Shown piece after piece: positions 1 to 10,816 of a DNA stretch of 37,459 nt; position 1 is the first letter of the stretch; every line of letters starts with the position of its first letter. The notes below the pieces were generated by a model. It was not told the origin of the DNA. It did not search any database and saw nothing but the letters and a program-made list of their open reading frames with translations. Made by a program: the position numbers and the translations under genes. The stretch is from assembly GCA_003563455.1 (NCBI GenBank), contig PWRV01000248.1:1-37459 (forward strand), written 5' to 3'. Source of the stretch: Thioalkalivibrio sp. (GTDB lineage: Bacteria; Pseudomonadota; Gammaproteobacteria; Ectothiorhodospirales; Ectothiorhodospiraceae).

Positions 1-1019
1 AGCAGGGTCTCGTTGCGACTGTGCAGGCTCTTCAGGAACCAGCGTGCCTCCTGCAACTGGTTGCGCATGAAGGCGCTGTCGCGCGCATCACTGACCCGGC
101 GCACCATGCCGGCGTAGAGGCTGTTGATCCGGATGCGCGGGGCGATCTCCGGGTTCAGGTCCACCCGCCAGTCCTTCCGGTCCCGGCGCACGTAGACATC
201 CGGGGTCACGTATTCCGGTGCCTGGTCGCTGATCTGGCTGCCGGGCCGGGGATTCAGCGTGCGGATCAGCTCCATCGCACCGGCGAGCGTCGTCTCGTCG
301 AGCCCGAGCTCCCGCTGCAGGGCGCGGAAGTCGTGCCGCCCGAGACTCTCCATGCCGGAATCGATCACCCGCAGGGCGGTCTCGCGGAGCGGCGTCTCCT
401 CGGGCAGCACGCGCAGCTGCATCAGCAGGCACTCGCGGAGATCGCGGGCACCGACCCCGACCGGGTCGCACTGCTGGATCCAGTGCAGGACCGCCTCCAT
501 CTCGTCGAGCCCGACGGTGTCTTCGCCTCCCAGGATTTCCTGGAGGGTCTCGAGTTCGGTCTCGAGATAGCCGTCGGCGTTGATGCTGTCGATCAGTGCC
601 GCACCGATGCGGCGGTCCCGTTCGTTCAGCGGGCCGAGGTGCAGCTGCCACAGCAGGTGCTCGTGCAGCCCGCCCTCGCTGCCCGCCTGGTTCTCGAAGG
701 GATCGCGGTCATCGACCCCGGCGCCCTGCGAGCCCGCACCCGTCGAGTAGAACTCGTCACCCCAGTCCTCGGAAGCCGCCTCCGTCTCCGGGCCGTCGCC
801 GGCGGATTCCGTTTCCTGCTGGGCATCGGCCGTCTCGCCGGACGGTTCTTCCGCAGGTGTCTCCTCGGCGAGCTCGAGCATCGGATTGCTTTCGAGAGCC
901 TGCTGGACCTCCAGCTGCAGTTCGATCGTCGACAACTGCAGGAGCCGGATGGCCTGCTGCAGCTGCGGTGTCATGGTCAGGTGCTGACCCAGCTGCAGGT
1001 TGAGCGAAGACTTCAGCAT
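1..1019 (-). CDS. rpoN: RNA polymerase sigma-54 factor (5' part; runs off the window start)
   Basis: Manual translation from ATG at 1019 gives MLKSSLNLQLGQHLTMTPQLQQAIRLLQLS, the sigma-54 region I signature, followed by an acidic region. Canonical position downstream of lptB. Not in the ORF track because the stop lies outside the window. Confidence 0.96.
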   Translation of the reverse strand, partial: MLKSSLNLQLGQHLTMTPQLQQAIRLLQLSTIELQLEVQQALESNPMLELAEETPAEEPSGETADAQQETESAGDGPETEAASEDWGDEFYSTGAGSQGAGVDDRDPFENQAGSEGGLHEHLLWQLHLGPLNERDRRIGAALIDSINADGYLETELETLQEILGGEDTVGLDEMEAVLHWIQQCDPVGVGARDLRECLLMQLRVLPEETPLRETALRVIDSGMESLGRHDFRALQRELGLDETTLAGAMELIRTLNPRPGSQISDQAPEYVTPDVYVRRDRKDWRVDLNPEIAPRIRINSLYAGMVRRVSDARDSAFMRNQLQEARWFLKSLHSRNETL

Positions 1020-1168
1020 GCGGCGGATCTTGGCGCGGAATGGTTCTTCATGGCTTCATGTTACTGCCTGTGCCCGGTTTTTTGCAGCCTTTTGGTGCAT
1101 CGTGCCGGCAAGTGGCCGTACGGGGCGGTAGCGTCCACCGTCTCATGCCCTGGTGGCGGCCGCCGGAA

Positions 1169-1945
1169 TCAGAGGCGGAAGTGCTCGCCAAGGTACACCG
1201 TCCGCACGCGTGGGTCCGCGAGCAGCTCCGCCGGTGTGCCCTCGCTGAGCAGTCGCCCCTCGCTGAGAATGTAGGCCCGGTCACAGATGCTCAGCGTCTC
1301 GCGCACGTTGTGGTCCGAGATCAGCACCCCGATACCCCGCTGTTTCAGGTGAGCGATGACCTCCTGAATTTCGACAACCGAGAGCGGATCGACGCCGGCA
1401 AACGGCTCGTCGAGACAGATGAACTGCGGGTTGCCGGCCAGTGCGCGCGCGATTTCGGCACGCCGTCTTTCGCCACCGGACAGCGCGATTCCGGTGCTCT
1501 CGCGCACCGTGTCCAGCTGAAATTCCTCGATCAGCGCGTCGCCCGTCTCGCGGCGTCCGGTCGCATCGAGGTCCCGACGGAGCTCGAGCACGGCCTGCAG
1601 GTTCTGCCAGACTGTCAGACGCCGGAAGATCGACGCTTCCTGGGGCAGGTAGCCGACACCCAGTCGTGCGCGCAGGTGGACCGGCGCGCGCGTCAGGTCC
1701 CGGCCGCCGAGCGTGATGCGGCCTGCATCGGGTTGTATCAGTCCGACCAGGATATAGAAGCAGGTGGTTTTTCCGGCCCCGTTCGGGCCCAGCAGACCGA
1801 CCACCTCGCCGCGGGCGACATCGACATCGGCTCCGTCGAGCACCGTGCGCTTGCCGTAGCGCTTGGTGAGTCCGGTACCCGCGAGGCGGTCATCGGAGGG
1901 CGTGACCCGGGGGGCCGCGCCGCCGGAATCCGGGGCAGCCGTCAT
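1169..1945 (-). CDS. lptB: LPS export ABC transporter ATP-binding protein
   Basis: Walker [20 protein letters not shown]-loop, LSGGERRR signature, [10 protein letters not shown]-terminal YLGEHFRL; lies between lptA and rpoN. Confidence 0.96.
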   Translation of the reverse strand: MTAAPDSGGAAPRVTPSDDRLAGTGLTKRYGKRTVLDGADVDVARGEVVGLLGPNGAGKTTCFYILVGLIQPDAGRITLGGRDLTRAPVHLRARLGVGYLPQEASIFRRLTVWQNLQAVLELRRDLDATGRRETGDALIEEFQLDTVRESTGIALSGGERRRAEIARALAGNPQFICLDEPFAGVDPLSVVEIQEVIAHLKQRGIGVLISDHNVRETLSICDRAYILSEGRLLSEGTPAELLADPRVRTVYLGEHFRL

Positions 1946-2457
1946 TCAGATCCCGGCTGGATGGTGATCCGGACGCGCTCTTCCGGGGTGCCCTCGATGC
2001 GAATGATGTCCTGTGCGAGGTCGTACCGGATCCGCTCGCCCCGGGCATCCTCGGTGGCCGTCTGAACCCGCGCCTCCCGCCGCAGCAGCAGGATCTCGTC
2101 CTGGAGGTCGTACTCCATCTCGAGCGCGGTCGCGACGCGCGGCTGATTGTCCGGGTCGGGCGCCTCGGCACGAACCGGGTTGCCCTCGGCCTCCATTCGG
2201 GTCGGGCGTCGTTCGGGTGCGTGGATCACGATCCGGTCCGCCCAAAGCGTCATGTCGCCGCGTGTGACCACGACATCCCCGGTGTAGGTGCCGATCCCCC
2301 GCCGTTCGTCCATTTCGGCGGTGTCGGCGGTGATCTGCACCGGGAGCGCCGGCGTCTGGGCCGCCAGAACCAGGGGCAGGCAGGTCAGCGCGAGGCCGGA
2401 GACCAGGCCCCGGATCAATCCGGCAGTGATGCGTGGCGGCCGTGTGCGTTGTGTCAT
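1942..2457 (-). CDS. lptA: LPS transport periplasmic protein LptA
   Basis: C-terminal part of ORF 1942..2997, restarted at ATG 2457 (MTQRTRPP...). Signal-like hydrophobic stretch, PVQITAD...[10 protein letters not shown] OstA-type repeats, C-terminal RVRITIQP; 4-nt overlaps with both neighbours. Confidence 0.9.
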   Translation of the reverse strand: MTQRTRPPRITAGLIRGLVSGLALTCLPLVLAAQTPALPVQITADTAEMDERRGIGTYTGDVVVTRGDMTLWADRIVIHAPERRPTRMEAEGNPVRAEAPDPDNQPRVATALEMEYDLQDEILLLRREARVQTATEDARGERIRYDLAQDIIRIEGTPEERVRITIQPGSE

Positions 2458-3056
2458 TGCGGATCTTCCCCTGTCTCCTCCGGAGCATAGACGGTCTCGA
2501 CCTCGTTCCGGAGTTCGATGATGTCTGCCTGTACATCGGCATGCATGCCGATGCCGGTCATGAACAGCCCGGGGCGTATCACGGTTGCCCGGGCGTCGGT
2601 CATCACCTCGCGGGGTCCGGTCAGGATGGTCACGTCCGCCGTTTCGATCTCGGTCCGCGGGTTCAGCGGCCCGGGCAACTGTAAGCCCTCGGTCAGCCCG
2701 ATCGTTTCCAGTCGCTCTTCGGCCGGGTAGTGTACCGCCGCCGGCGCGGTCCAGATCCAGTCGACGCGGCCCTCGGTCAGGAGTTCCAGCCTCGGTTCCT
2801 CCGCGTGCTGGACCCCGAGGGCGTGGAACTGCTGCATGCGTGCCCCGCGCAGCACATGCGTGATTTCGCCCTCGGCATCGGTGACGCGCAGCGTGAAACC
2901 GAGGATGTCGAACTCGGCGCCGGATTCCAGTGCCGTGAGCTGCGCCGGCAGCAGGGCCGCTGCGACCGCGACGATCAGGGCGGAGCGGCCCAGCCATCCG
3001 GGTGCCCTGGCTCCCGGGTCAGGCGGGCGGGCGCTGTCACGCGTCGAGATAGGCAT
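2454..3056 (-). CDS. lptC: LPS export periplasmic protein LptC
   Basis: C-terminal 200 aa of ORF 2454..3494 (start ATG 3056 inferred). One N-terminal hydrophobic segment and a beta-rich tail (TGIGMHAD...IELRNEVETVY); position between kdsC and lptA. Confidence 0.85.
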   Translation of the reverse strand: MPISTRDSARPPDPGARAPGWLGRSALIVAVAAALLPAQLTALESGAEFDILGFTLRVTDAEGEITHVLRGARMQQFHALGVQHAEEPRLELLTEGRVDWIWTAPAAVHYPAEERLETIGLTEGLQLPGPLNPRTEIETADVTILTGPREVMTDARATVIRPGLFMTGIGMHADVQADIIELRNEVETVYAPEETGEDPQ

Positions 3057-3576
3057 GAAGGATGGCCTCCAGGCGGCCCTGCGCCGCAAGCAGGGTTTCG
3101 CAGACCTCGCGGACGGCACCGCGCCCGCCCCGCTCACGGGTGTGCCAGTCGGCATGTTCCAGTACCAGCGGATGCGCGTCGGCCACCGCGATACCCAGGC
3201 CGACACGGCGCATCGCCGGCAGATCGACGACGTCGTCCCCGACAAAGGCGCTCTGTTCCGGGGCGAAGCCGGTCTGCGCGAGGAGTTCCGCGAGCGCCTC
3301 CCCCTTGTCCCGGCGCCCCTGCAGCAGATGCCGCACCCCGAGATCGCGCATGCGGTGCAGGACCACCTCGGAGTTGCGGCCCGTGAGCACAGCCAGTTCC
3401 AGCCCCCCCTGCTGGGCCATGCGCATGCCATGGCCGTCGCGGCTGTGGAAAGCCTTGTACTGTTCTCCGCCGTCTCCGAGGAACAGGCTGCCATCGGTCA
3501 GTACGCCGTCCACGTCGAGGATCAGCAGACGGACCTCGCGTTGCCGTTGCAGCAGTGTTCCCGGTTCCAGCGGCAT
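3037..3576 (-). CDS. kdsC: KDO 8-phosphate phosphatase (HAD family)
   Basis: LDVDGVLTDG HAD motif I, KAFHSRDG, VGDDVVDL, GGRGAVRE. Confidence 0.95.
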   Translation of the reverse strand: MPLEPGTLLQRQREVRLLILDVDGVLTDGSLFLGDGGEQYKAFHSRDGHGMRMAQQGGLELAVLTGRNSEVVLHRMRDLGVRHLLQGRRDKGEALAELLAQTGFAPEQSAFVGDDVVDLPAMRRVGLGIAVADAHPLVLEHADWHTRERGGRGAVREVCETLLAAQGRLEAILHAYLDA

Positions 3577-4568
3577 CAGGCCACCCCGGCGCGAAGCAGG
3601 TCGTGCATGTTCAGTGCGCCGACGAGGCGGAAGTCGCCGTCCACCACCGGCAGCGCGTTGATGCGGCGGCTCTCCATCAATTCCAGGGCCTCCACCGCGA
3701 GCCAGTCCGGCCGCGCGGTGAAGCCGTCCCGGGTCATCGCCTCGCCGATGGTCAGGCGGTGCAGGTCGAGGCCGCGGTCGAGCGTGCGCCGCAGGTCGCC
3801 ATCAGTGAAGACGCCCTCGACCCCGCCCGAGTCGTCGCAAACGACCACCATGCCCAGTCCCTTGCGCGAGATCTCGAGCAGCGCATCGCGGAGCAGGGCG
3901 TCGGCACGGATGCAGGGCATCGCGTCCCCGGTGCGCATGATGTCCCCGACATGAATCAGCAGGCGGCGCCCCAGCCGTCCGCCCGGGTGCGAACGCGCGA
4001 AATCGTTCGCGGTGAATCCCCGAGCGTCGAGCACAGCGACGGCCAGCGCATCACCCATCACCAGCGCCGCCGTGGTGCTCGAGGTGGGGGCCAGGCCGAG
4101 CGGACAGGCTTCCCGGGCGACGCTGACGTCCAGATGGACCGTGGCCTCGAGGGCCAGACGCGAGTCCGGGTTGCCGGTCAGCGCGATCAGCGGTACACCG
4201 AGGCGGCGGATGATCGGGAGGATGGTCAGCAGTTCGTCCGTCTCGCCGGAGTTGGATAGCGCGATCACCGTGTCGTCGCGGGTGATCATCCCGAGGTCGC
4301 CGTGGCTCGCCTCACCGGGATGCACGAAGAACGCCGGCGTGCCCGTCGACGCCAGCGTCGCCGCGAATTTCCCGCCGACGTGCCCGGACTTGCCCATGCC
4401 GGTGACGACCACACGGCCGCTGCAGTCAAGGATGTGTTCGCAGGCGCGGAAGAATCGGTCGTCGATCCGGTCCGCGAGCGCACCCACCGCGGCCGCTTCG
4501 GTCGCGATCACTGCCAGCGCGAGATTGCGGGTGTTGTCGGGGTCGAGGGTTGTGCGGGGAACGTCCAT
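3576..4568 (-). CDS. kdsD: Arabinose 5-phosphate isomerase (KpsF/GutQ family, SIS + 2 CBS domains)
   Basis: TGMGKSGH, HPGEASHGDLG, LAPTSST, HPGGRLG and CBS pair; start re-called at ATG 4568 (MDVPRTT). Confidence 0.95.
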   Translation of the reverse strand: MDVPRTTLDPDNTRNLALAVIATEAAAVGALADRIDDRFFRACEHILDCSGRVVVTGMGKSGHVGGKFAATLASTGTPAFFVHPGEASHGDLGMITRDDTVIALSNSGETDELLTILPIIRRLGVPLIALTGNPDSRLALEATVHLDVSVAREACPLGLAPTSSTTAALVMGDALAVAVLDARGFTANDFARSHPGGRLGRRLLIHVGDIMRTGDAMPCIRADALLRDALLEISRKGLGMVVVCDDSGGVEGVFTDGDLRRTLDRGLDLHRLTIGEAMTRDGFTARPDWLAVEALELMESRRINALPVVDGDFRLVGALNMHDLLRAGVA

Positions 4569-4702
4569 CAGGCGGTGTCCGGGCCGGTGATTGGCAGATA
4601 ATCCCGTATCGGCAGCCCGTTTTCCAGCGACCCGGCCGCCGCAGGCTTTCCGCCGCCGGCTCGAATCGCTAGCATCCGTCGAAGGCAACGCAGGGAGACC
4701 CC

Positions 4703-5299
4703 GTGATGGCAGCGAAAGCGGACCGTGGAGGATTGCGGGTGGCCGCAGTCGCTGACGGGGACAGCCCCGAATGGCGGTCCTTTTACCCCCAGGACCTGCC
4801 CGACGACTGGATGCTCGCGTATTACGCCCACTTCTGGCCCGAGCTTTTGTCCCCGGCCGCCGACTGGTCGCGCTGGGCTGACGATGATCAGTCCCTGGAC
4901 GAGGTGCCGGCGGAGCTGCGTCTGTATCTGGAGGTTCCGGCTGGCGCCGCCGCCGACTGTTCGCGTCTTGCCGATCGCCTCGGGGCACGCCTCGGCGGCT
5001 TCCTGTTCCCGGATCCGGAGGTCGAAACCCCACGGGAACTGGAACCGGCGCAGGTCTTTCGGCGCGCGGACGACCCGGTCGTCGCCGGGGTGCGCTCCGC
5101 GCGGGCCTGGACCAACGGGCGTGAGACGGTGCTGGTGCTGGAACCCGAGAGCGGACTCGATGTGCGGCAGTGGCGGGCCCTGCTCGAGTCGCTCCACAAA
5201 GCCGCGACCTCCGGTCAGGACACCCTGGCTTTTCTGCGCAGCGGTCCGCGGGAACTCGAGCAGGCGCAGACGATTATTCGGCTCGGTGGTCTGACGTGA
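4703..5299 (+). CDS. Hypothetical protein with DUF72-like N-terminal motif
   Basis: 198-aa ORF preceded by a GGGAG SD-like sequence. WRSFYPQDLPDDWMLAYYAHF resembles the DUF72 'W..FYP..L....L.YYA..F' motif. Acidic composition is protein-like rather than shadow-ORF-like. Confidence 0.7.
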   Translation: MMAAKADRGGLRVAAVADGDSPEWRSFYPQDLPDDWMLAYYAHFWPELLSPAADWSRWADDDQSLDEVPAELRLYLEVPAGAAADCSRLADRLGARLGGFLFPDPEVETPRELEPAQVFRRADDPVVAGVRSARAWTNGRETVLVLEPESGLDVRQWRALLESLHKAATSGQDTLAFLRSGPRELEQAQTIIRLGGLT

Positions 5300-5305
5300 A
5301 AATAT

Positions 5306-5384
5306 AGCCACGAATGGACACGGATGAACCCGGCTGTTTATTGAATGAGGCCCTATCCGTGTTGATCCGTGGGTATCCGTGGCT
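5306..5384. repeat. Inverted repeat of three 10-nt-phased CACGGAT / ATCCGTG units
   Basis: Left arm AGC-CACGAAT-gga-CACGGAT-gaa-CCCGGCT (5306-5335); right arm ATCCGTG-ttg-ATCCGTG-ggt-ATCCGTG-GCT (5355-5384); 19-nt spacer. Confidence 0.85.
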
Positions 5385-5501
5385 GAACTTGTCGTCCTTC
5401 GGGGTGGCCCGGAGCCATGCGAGTCAGGCGGGAAAAGCGCTTGAGAAGGCCGCCCGCTTCGACCGGGTAGTCCTCCCGGAGGCAGGTGGGCGGGCTCCAG
5501 G

Positions 5502-5530
5502 TTGACGGCGGCCCGGGCCGCTCGCAGACT
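5502..5530 (+). promoter_or_regulatory. Candidate sigma70 promoter of the mla operon
   Basis: TTGACG (5502-5507), 17-nt spacer, CAGACT (5525-5530), about 30 nt before the mlaF GTG. Confidence 0.4.
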
Positions 5531-5562
5531 TAGCGGCTGGATTTTCGGGGAGCGTTAGCAAG

Positions 5563-6396
5563 GTGAACGACGATCGGGTTGCCGATACGCCGCACGTCGT
5601 CGTCGAGGACCTCGTGTTCCGGCGCGGCCGCAAGGTGGTCTTCGACGGTCTGTCGCTGACGGTGCCGCGCGGGCGTGTGACCACCGTGATGGGTCCCAGC
5701 GGTACCGGCAAGACAACGTTGCTCCGGCTGATCGGAGGGCAGCTGCGTCCGGACAGCGGCCGCATCTGGGTGGACGGCGAAGAAGTGGCGCGCCTGTCGA
5801 CCCGACGGCTGTATGCGCTGCGCAAACGCATGGGCATGCTGTTTCAGACCGGCGCGCTGCTGACCGACATGAACGTCTTCGAGAACGTCGCTTTCCCGCT
5901 GCGCGAGCACACCGATCTGCCGGAGGAACTGATCCGCAACCTGGTGCTGATGAAGCTCGAGGCGGTGGGGCTGCGCGCGGCGCGTGACCTGAGCCCCGCC
6001 GAACTCTCGGGAGGCATGGCGCGGCGGGTCGCGCTGGCCCGGGCCATCGCGCTGGACCCCGACATGATCCTCTACGACGAACCCTTTGCCGGTCTGGACC
6101 CGATCACGATGGGCCAGATCGTCACCCTGATTCAGCGCACCAACAGCACCCTGGGTCTGACCAGCGTGCTGGTGACCCATGACGTGGTCGAGGCGCTGGA
6201 CATCTCGTATCACGTCGTGCTGATCGCCGAGGGACGCGTGATGGACGCCGGCACGGTGGAGCAGGTACGCGCGGGGGCCTCGGAGTGGAGCAAACAGTTC
6301 CTCGAAGGCCGCCCGGACGGACCGGTGCCCTTTCACTATCCGGGCGACAGCTACCGCGACGATCTGATGCGCGACCGCGAGTCCGGAAATGGCTGA
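5563..6396 (+). CDS. mlaF: Mla phospholipid transport ATP-binding protein
   Basis: [39 protein letters not shown]-terminal [10 protein letters not shown]. Confidence 0.95.
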   Translation: MNDDRVADTPHVVVEDLVFRRGRKVVFDGLSLTVPRGRVTTVMGPSGTGKTTLLRLIGGQLRPDSGRIWVDGEEVARLSTRRLYALRKRMGMLFQTGALLTDMNVFENVAFPLREHTDLPEELIRNLVLMKLEAVGLRAARDLSPAELSGGMARRVALARAIALDPDMILYDEPFAGLDPITMGQIVTLIQRTNSTLGLTSVLVTHDVVEALDISYHVVLIAEGRVMDAGTVEQVRAGASEWSKQFLEGRPDGPVPFHYPGDSYRDDLMRDRESGNG

Positions 6397-7165
6397 CTTC
6401 CTCGCGCGTCTGGGGCGTTCCGGACTGCACTGGCTTGCCTTGCTGGGCCGCGCGTCGATCTTCCTGTTCCGGGTCCTGAGTGCGCAGGATGCCGTGGTGC
6501 GCAGGTTTCGGCTGACGCTGATCGAGATCTACTCCGTCGGTGTGCGTTCGCTGCTGATCATCGTGGTCTCGGGCCTCTTCGTCGGTATGGTGCTCGGGTA
6601 TCAGGGCTACATCACGCTGGTCAATTTCGGCGCGACCGAGGCCCTCGGCGGTGCCGTCGCCCTGTCACTCGTGCGTGAACTGGGTCCGGTCGTCACCGCG
6701 CTTCTGTTCGCGGGCCGGGCGGGTTCCGCGCTGACCGCCGAGATCGGCCTGATGAAGACCACCGAGCAGCTCTCGGCGATGGAGATGATGGCGGTGGACC
6801 CCTACCGCCGGGTGTTCGCGCCGCGCTTCTTTGCCGGGTTCCTTTCGCTGCCATTGCTGGCGGCGATGTTCAGCGCGGTGGGCGTGATGGGTGGCTATAT
6901 CGTCGGGGTCGGATTGCTCGGTGTCGACGCCGGATCCTACTTTTCGCAGATGCAGGCGGTGACGGACTGGCGCGAGGACGTGCTCTCCGGCGTTATCAAG
7001 AGCATCGTGTTCGGCTTCGTGGTCACCTGGATCGCGATCTTTCAGGGCTTCGACGCCGAGCCGACCTCCGAGGGGATCTCTCGGGCCACCACACAGACGG
7101 TGGTGATCTCGGCGCTGGCGGTGCTCGGACTTGACTTCGTCCTGACCGGACTGATGTTCACCTGA
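6389..7165 (+). CDS. mlaE: Mla permease
   Basis: [41 protein letters not shown] signature. Confidence 0.96.
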   Translation: MADFLARLGRSGLHWLALLGRASIFLFRVLSAQDAVVRRFRLTLIEIYSVGVRSLLIIVVSGLFVGMVLGYQGYITLVNFGATEALGGAVALSLVRELGPVVTALLFAGRAGSALTAEIGLMKTTEQLSAMEMMAVDPYRRVFAPRFFAGFLSLPLLAAMFSAVGVMGGYIVGVGLLGVDAGSYFSQMQAVTDWREDVLSGVIKSIVFGFVVTWIAIFQGFDAEPTSEGISRATTQTVVISALAVLGLDFVLTGLMFT

Positions 7166-7205
7166 CCGGTCGCCGCGACGCGGCCATGTCATCGGAGGAA
7201 ACGCA

Positions 7206-7664
7206 ATGAAGCTGCGCTATCTGGAAATGTCGGTGGGCCTGTTCGTGCTGCTGGGCATCGCGGCGCTGTTCTACCTGGCAATCCAGGTCAGCAACATCGT
7301 CGAGTACCGGGATGGTGATACCTACGAGGTGATCGCCTACTTCGATCACATCGGCGGCCTGAAGGTGCGCGCCCCGGTCACGGTGTCGGGCGTTCGCATC
7401 GGCCGCGTGTCCGACATCGCCTATGATCCGGAGCGCTTTCAGGCCCGGGTGGTCCTGGCGATCCGGTCCGGGCAGGATCATCTCCCCGCAGACTCCCAGG
7501 CCAGCATCTTTACCGCCGGCCTGCTCGGCGAGCAGTACGTCGGGCTGGAGCCCGGCGGGGACTTCGAGGTGCTGAGTGACGGTGACGAGATCCTTCTCAC
7601 GCAATCGGCACTGGTGCTGGAGAACATGATCGGCCGGGTGCTCACCAACTTCTCGAGTGATTGA
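7206..7664 (+). CDS. mlaD: MCE-domain protein MlaD
   Basis: N-terminal TM helix, FDHIGGLKVRAPVTVSGVRIGRV, IFTAGLLGEQYVGL; GGAGG SD. Confidence 0.96.
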   Translation: MKLRYLEMSVGLFVLLGIAALFYLAIQVSNIVEYRDGDTYEVIAYFDHIGGLKVRAPVTVSGVRIGRVSDIAYDPERFQARVVLAIRSGQDHLPADSQASIFTAGLLGEQYVGLEPGGDFEVLSDGDEILLTQSALVLENMIGRVLTNFSSD

Positions 7665-7709
7665 ACGGTCCGGAGCGAACCGCGGTCGTATGCGGACAAC
7701 GGAGGCTGA

Positions 7710-8372
7710 ATGGCAATGAGAAAAAGACTGCACACCGCGCTGGGAAGCCTGCTGCTCCTGTGCGCACTGGTGCTGGCGGCGGGGCCGCTGCACGCCGCCG
7801 AACCGGTGGAACTCGTCGAGGGCGCGATCAACCGCGTACTGGAGACGCTTCGCGCCGACGAGGCCAGGGCGCAGGATGACCCCGATTTCGTCCTCGAGGT
7901 CATCGAGGAAGAGGTCCTGCCGCTGGTCGACATCGACGGAATGGCCCGGCTGATCCTGGCCCGCCACTGGCGTGACGCCACGCCCGAACAGCGCCAGCGT
8001 TTCACCGAGGCCTTCCGCGATACCCTGCTCAACGCCTACGGCGTGCGCCTGGCCGATTATCTGGACCGGCGCGTCGTGGTCGTTCCGCGACGCTCCCGGC
8101 AGGACGACCGGATGGCGGTGGTCTCCACCGAGATCGAGATGGGAAGGGGGCAGCCCAATATCATCGTCAACTACCGGCTGCGTCCGGTCGACGGCGAGTG
8201 GAAGGTCTTCGACGTGGAAGCGGAGGGCCTGAGCTTCGTGGGCAATTTCCGCTCGACCTTCAACACCGAAATCGGCCGCCACGGTCTGGATGCGCTGATC
8301 GCCCGCCTCGAGGAAGGCGACCGTTCGCTGATCGAGGAGGCCGTCCCGGAAGGTGAGGGGGGTCGTGGCTGA
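7710..8372 (+). CDS. mlaC: Periplasmic phospholipid shuttle MlaC (Ttg2D)
   Basis: Signal peptide; WRDATPEQRQRF and WKVFDVEAEGLS motifs; synteny. Confidence 0.92.
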   Translation: MAMRKRLHTALGSLLLLCALVLAAGPLHAAEPVELVEGAINRVLETLRADEARAQDDPDFVLEVIEEEVLPLVDIDGMARLILARHWRDATPEQRQRFTEAFRDTLLNAYGVRLADYLDRRVVVVPRRSRQDDRMAVVSTEIEMGRGQPNIIVNYRLRPVDGEWKVFDVEAEGLSFVGNFRSTFNTEIGRHGLDALIARLEEGDRSLIEEAVPEGEGGRG

Positions 8373-8673
8373 GCCCTCGCTGGTGCTCGACGGGGACGTG
8401 CTGCGGCTGTCCGGTCCGGTCACCCTGAATAGCGTGAAGACGCTGATGGCGCGCGGTCGCGGGCTGCTCTCCGAACTGCCGGAGCCGGGCACCCTCGACC
8501 TCTCCGGCGTCACACGGATCGACAGTGCCGGTGCGGCGATGCTCGTCGAGTTCTGGCGCCAGCGTGAGGGCTCGGGCGCGAGCCTCGGGTTTGCCGCGAT
8601 TCCCGAGGATCTGCAGCCGCTCCTGGAGCTTTACGCGCTGGAGCCGGTATTCGGCGTGGCGACCCGCGACTGA
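8365..8673 (+). CDS. mlaB: STAS-domain protein MlaB
   Basis: LDLSGVTRIDSAGAAML STAS motif. Start GTG 8365 chosen after GAGGGG; GTG 8353 is an alternative. Confidence 0.9.
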   Translation: MAEPSLVLDGDVLRLSGPVTLNSVKTLMARGRGLLSELPEPGTLDLSGVTRIDSAGAAMLVEFWRQREGSGASLGFAAIPEDLQPLLELYALEPVFGVATRD

Positions 8674-8845
8674 CCCGAGCCGGGCCCCGGGCTTTCCCGG
8701 CGCATGCTTCCCTGCACGGACGATCTGCCGTTTTTCTGGCAGCATCTCCCGGTGGTGGTCGGTTCGGGCGGCACTTCGCCGTGCTGCGGGGAAACGCCGT
8801 TGAGTCAGCGCTTCGATGGTCTGCGGTGGGCGCTTTCGGTTATGA

Positions 8846-10797
<1,952 letters not shown>

Positions 10798-10816
10798 CGA
10801 GGTCACTGGATTCACC

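Noticed and set aside
1020-1168. Possible sigma-54 (-24/-12) autoregulatory site upstream of rpoN
   Set aside because: GGCACG-like and TGGCGCG sequences are present, but none has GC at the required distance.
21-1274. 417-aa plus-strand ORF
   Set aside because: It is the antisense shadow of rpoN, whose minus-strand translation gives a clear sigma-54 signature.
5306-5384. Possible CRISPR or mini-array reading of the repeats
   Set aside because: Units are 7 nt with 3-nt linkers and inverted arms; no spacers of CRISPR length and no cas genes.
5314-5505. 63-aa ORF across the CACGGAT inverted array
   Set aside because: No SD or recognisable motif; better explained as a by-product of the repeat and the mla promoter region.
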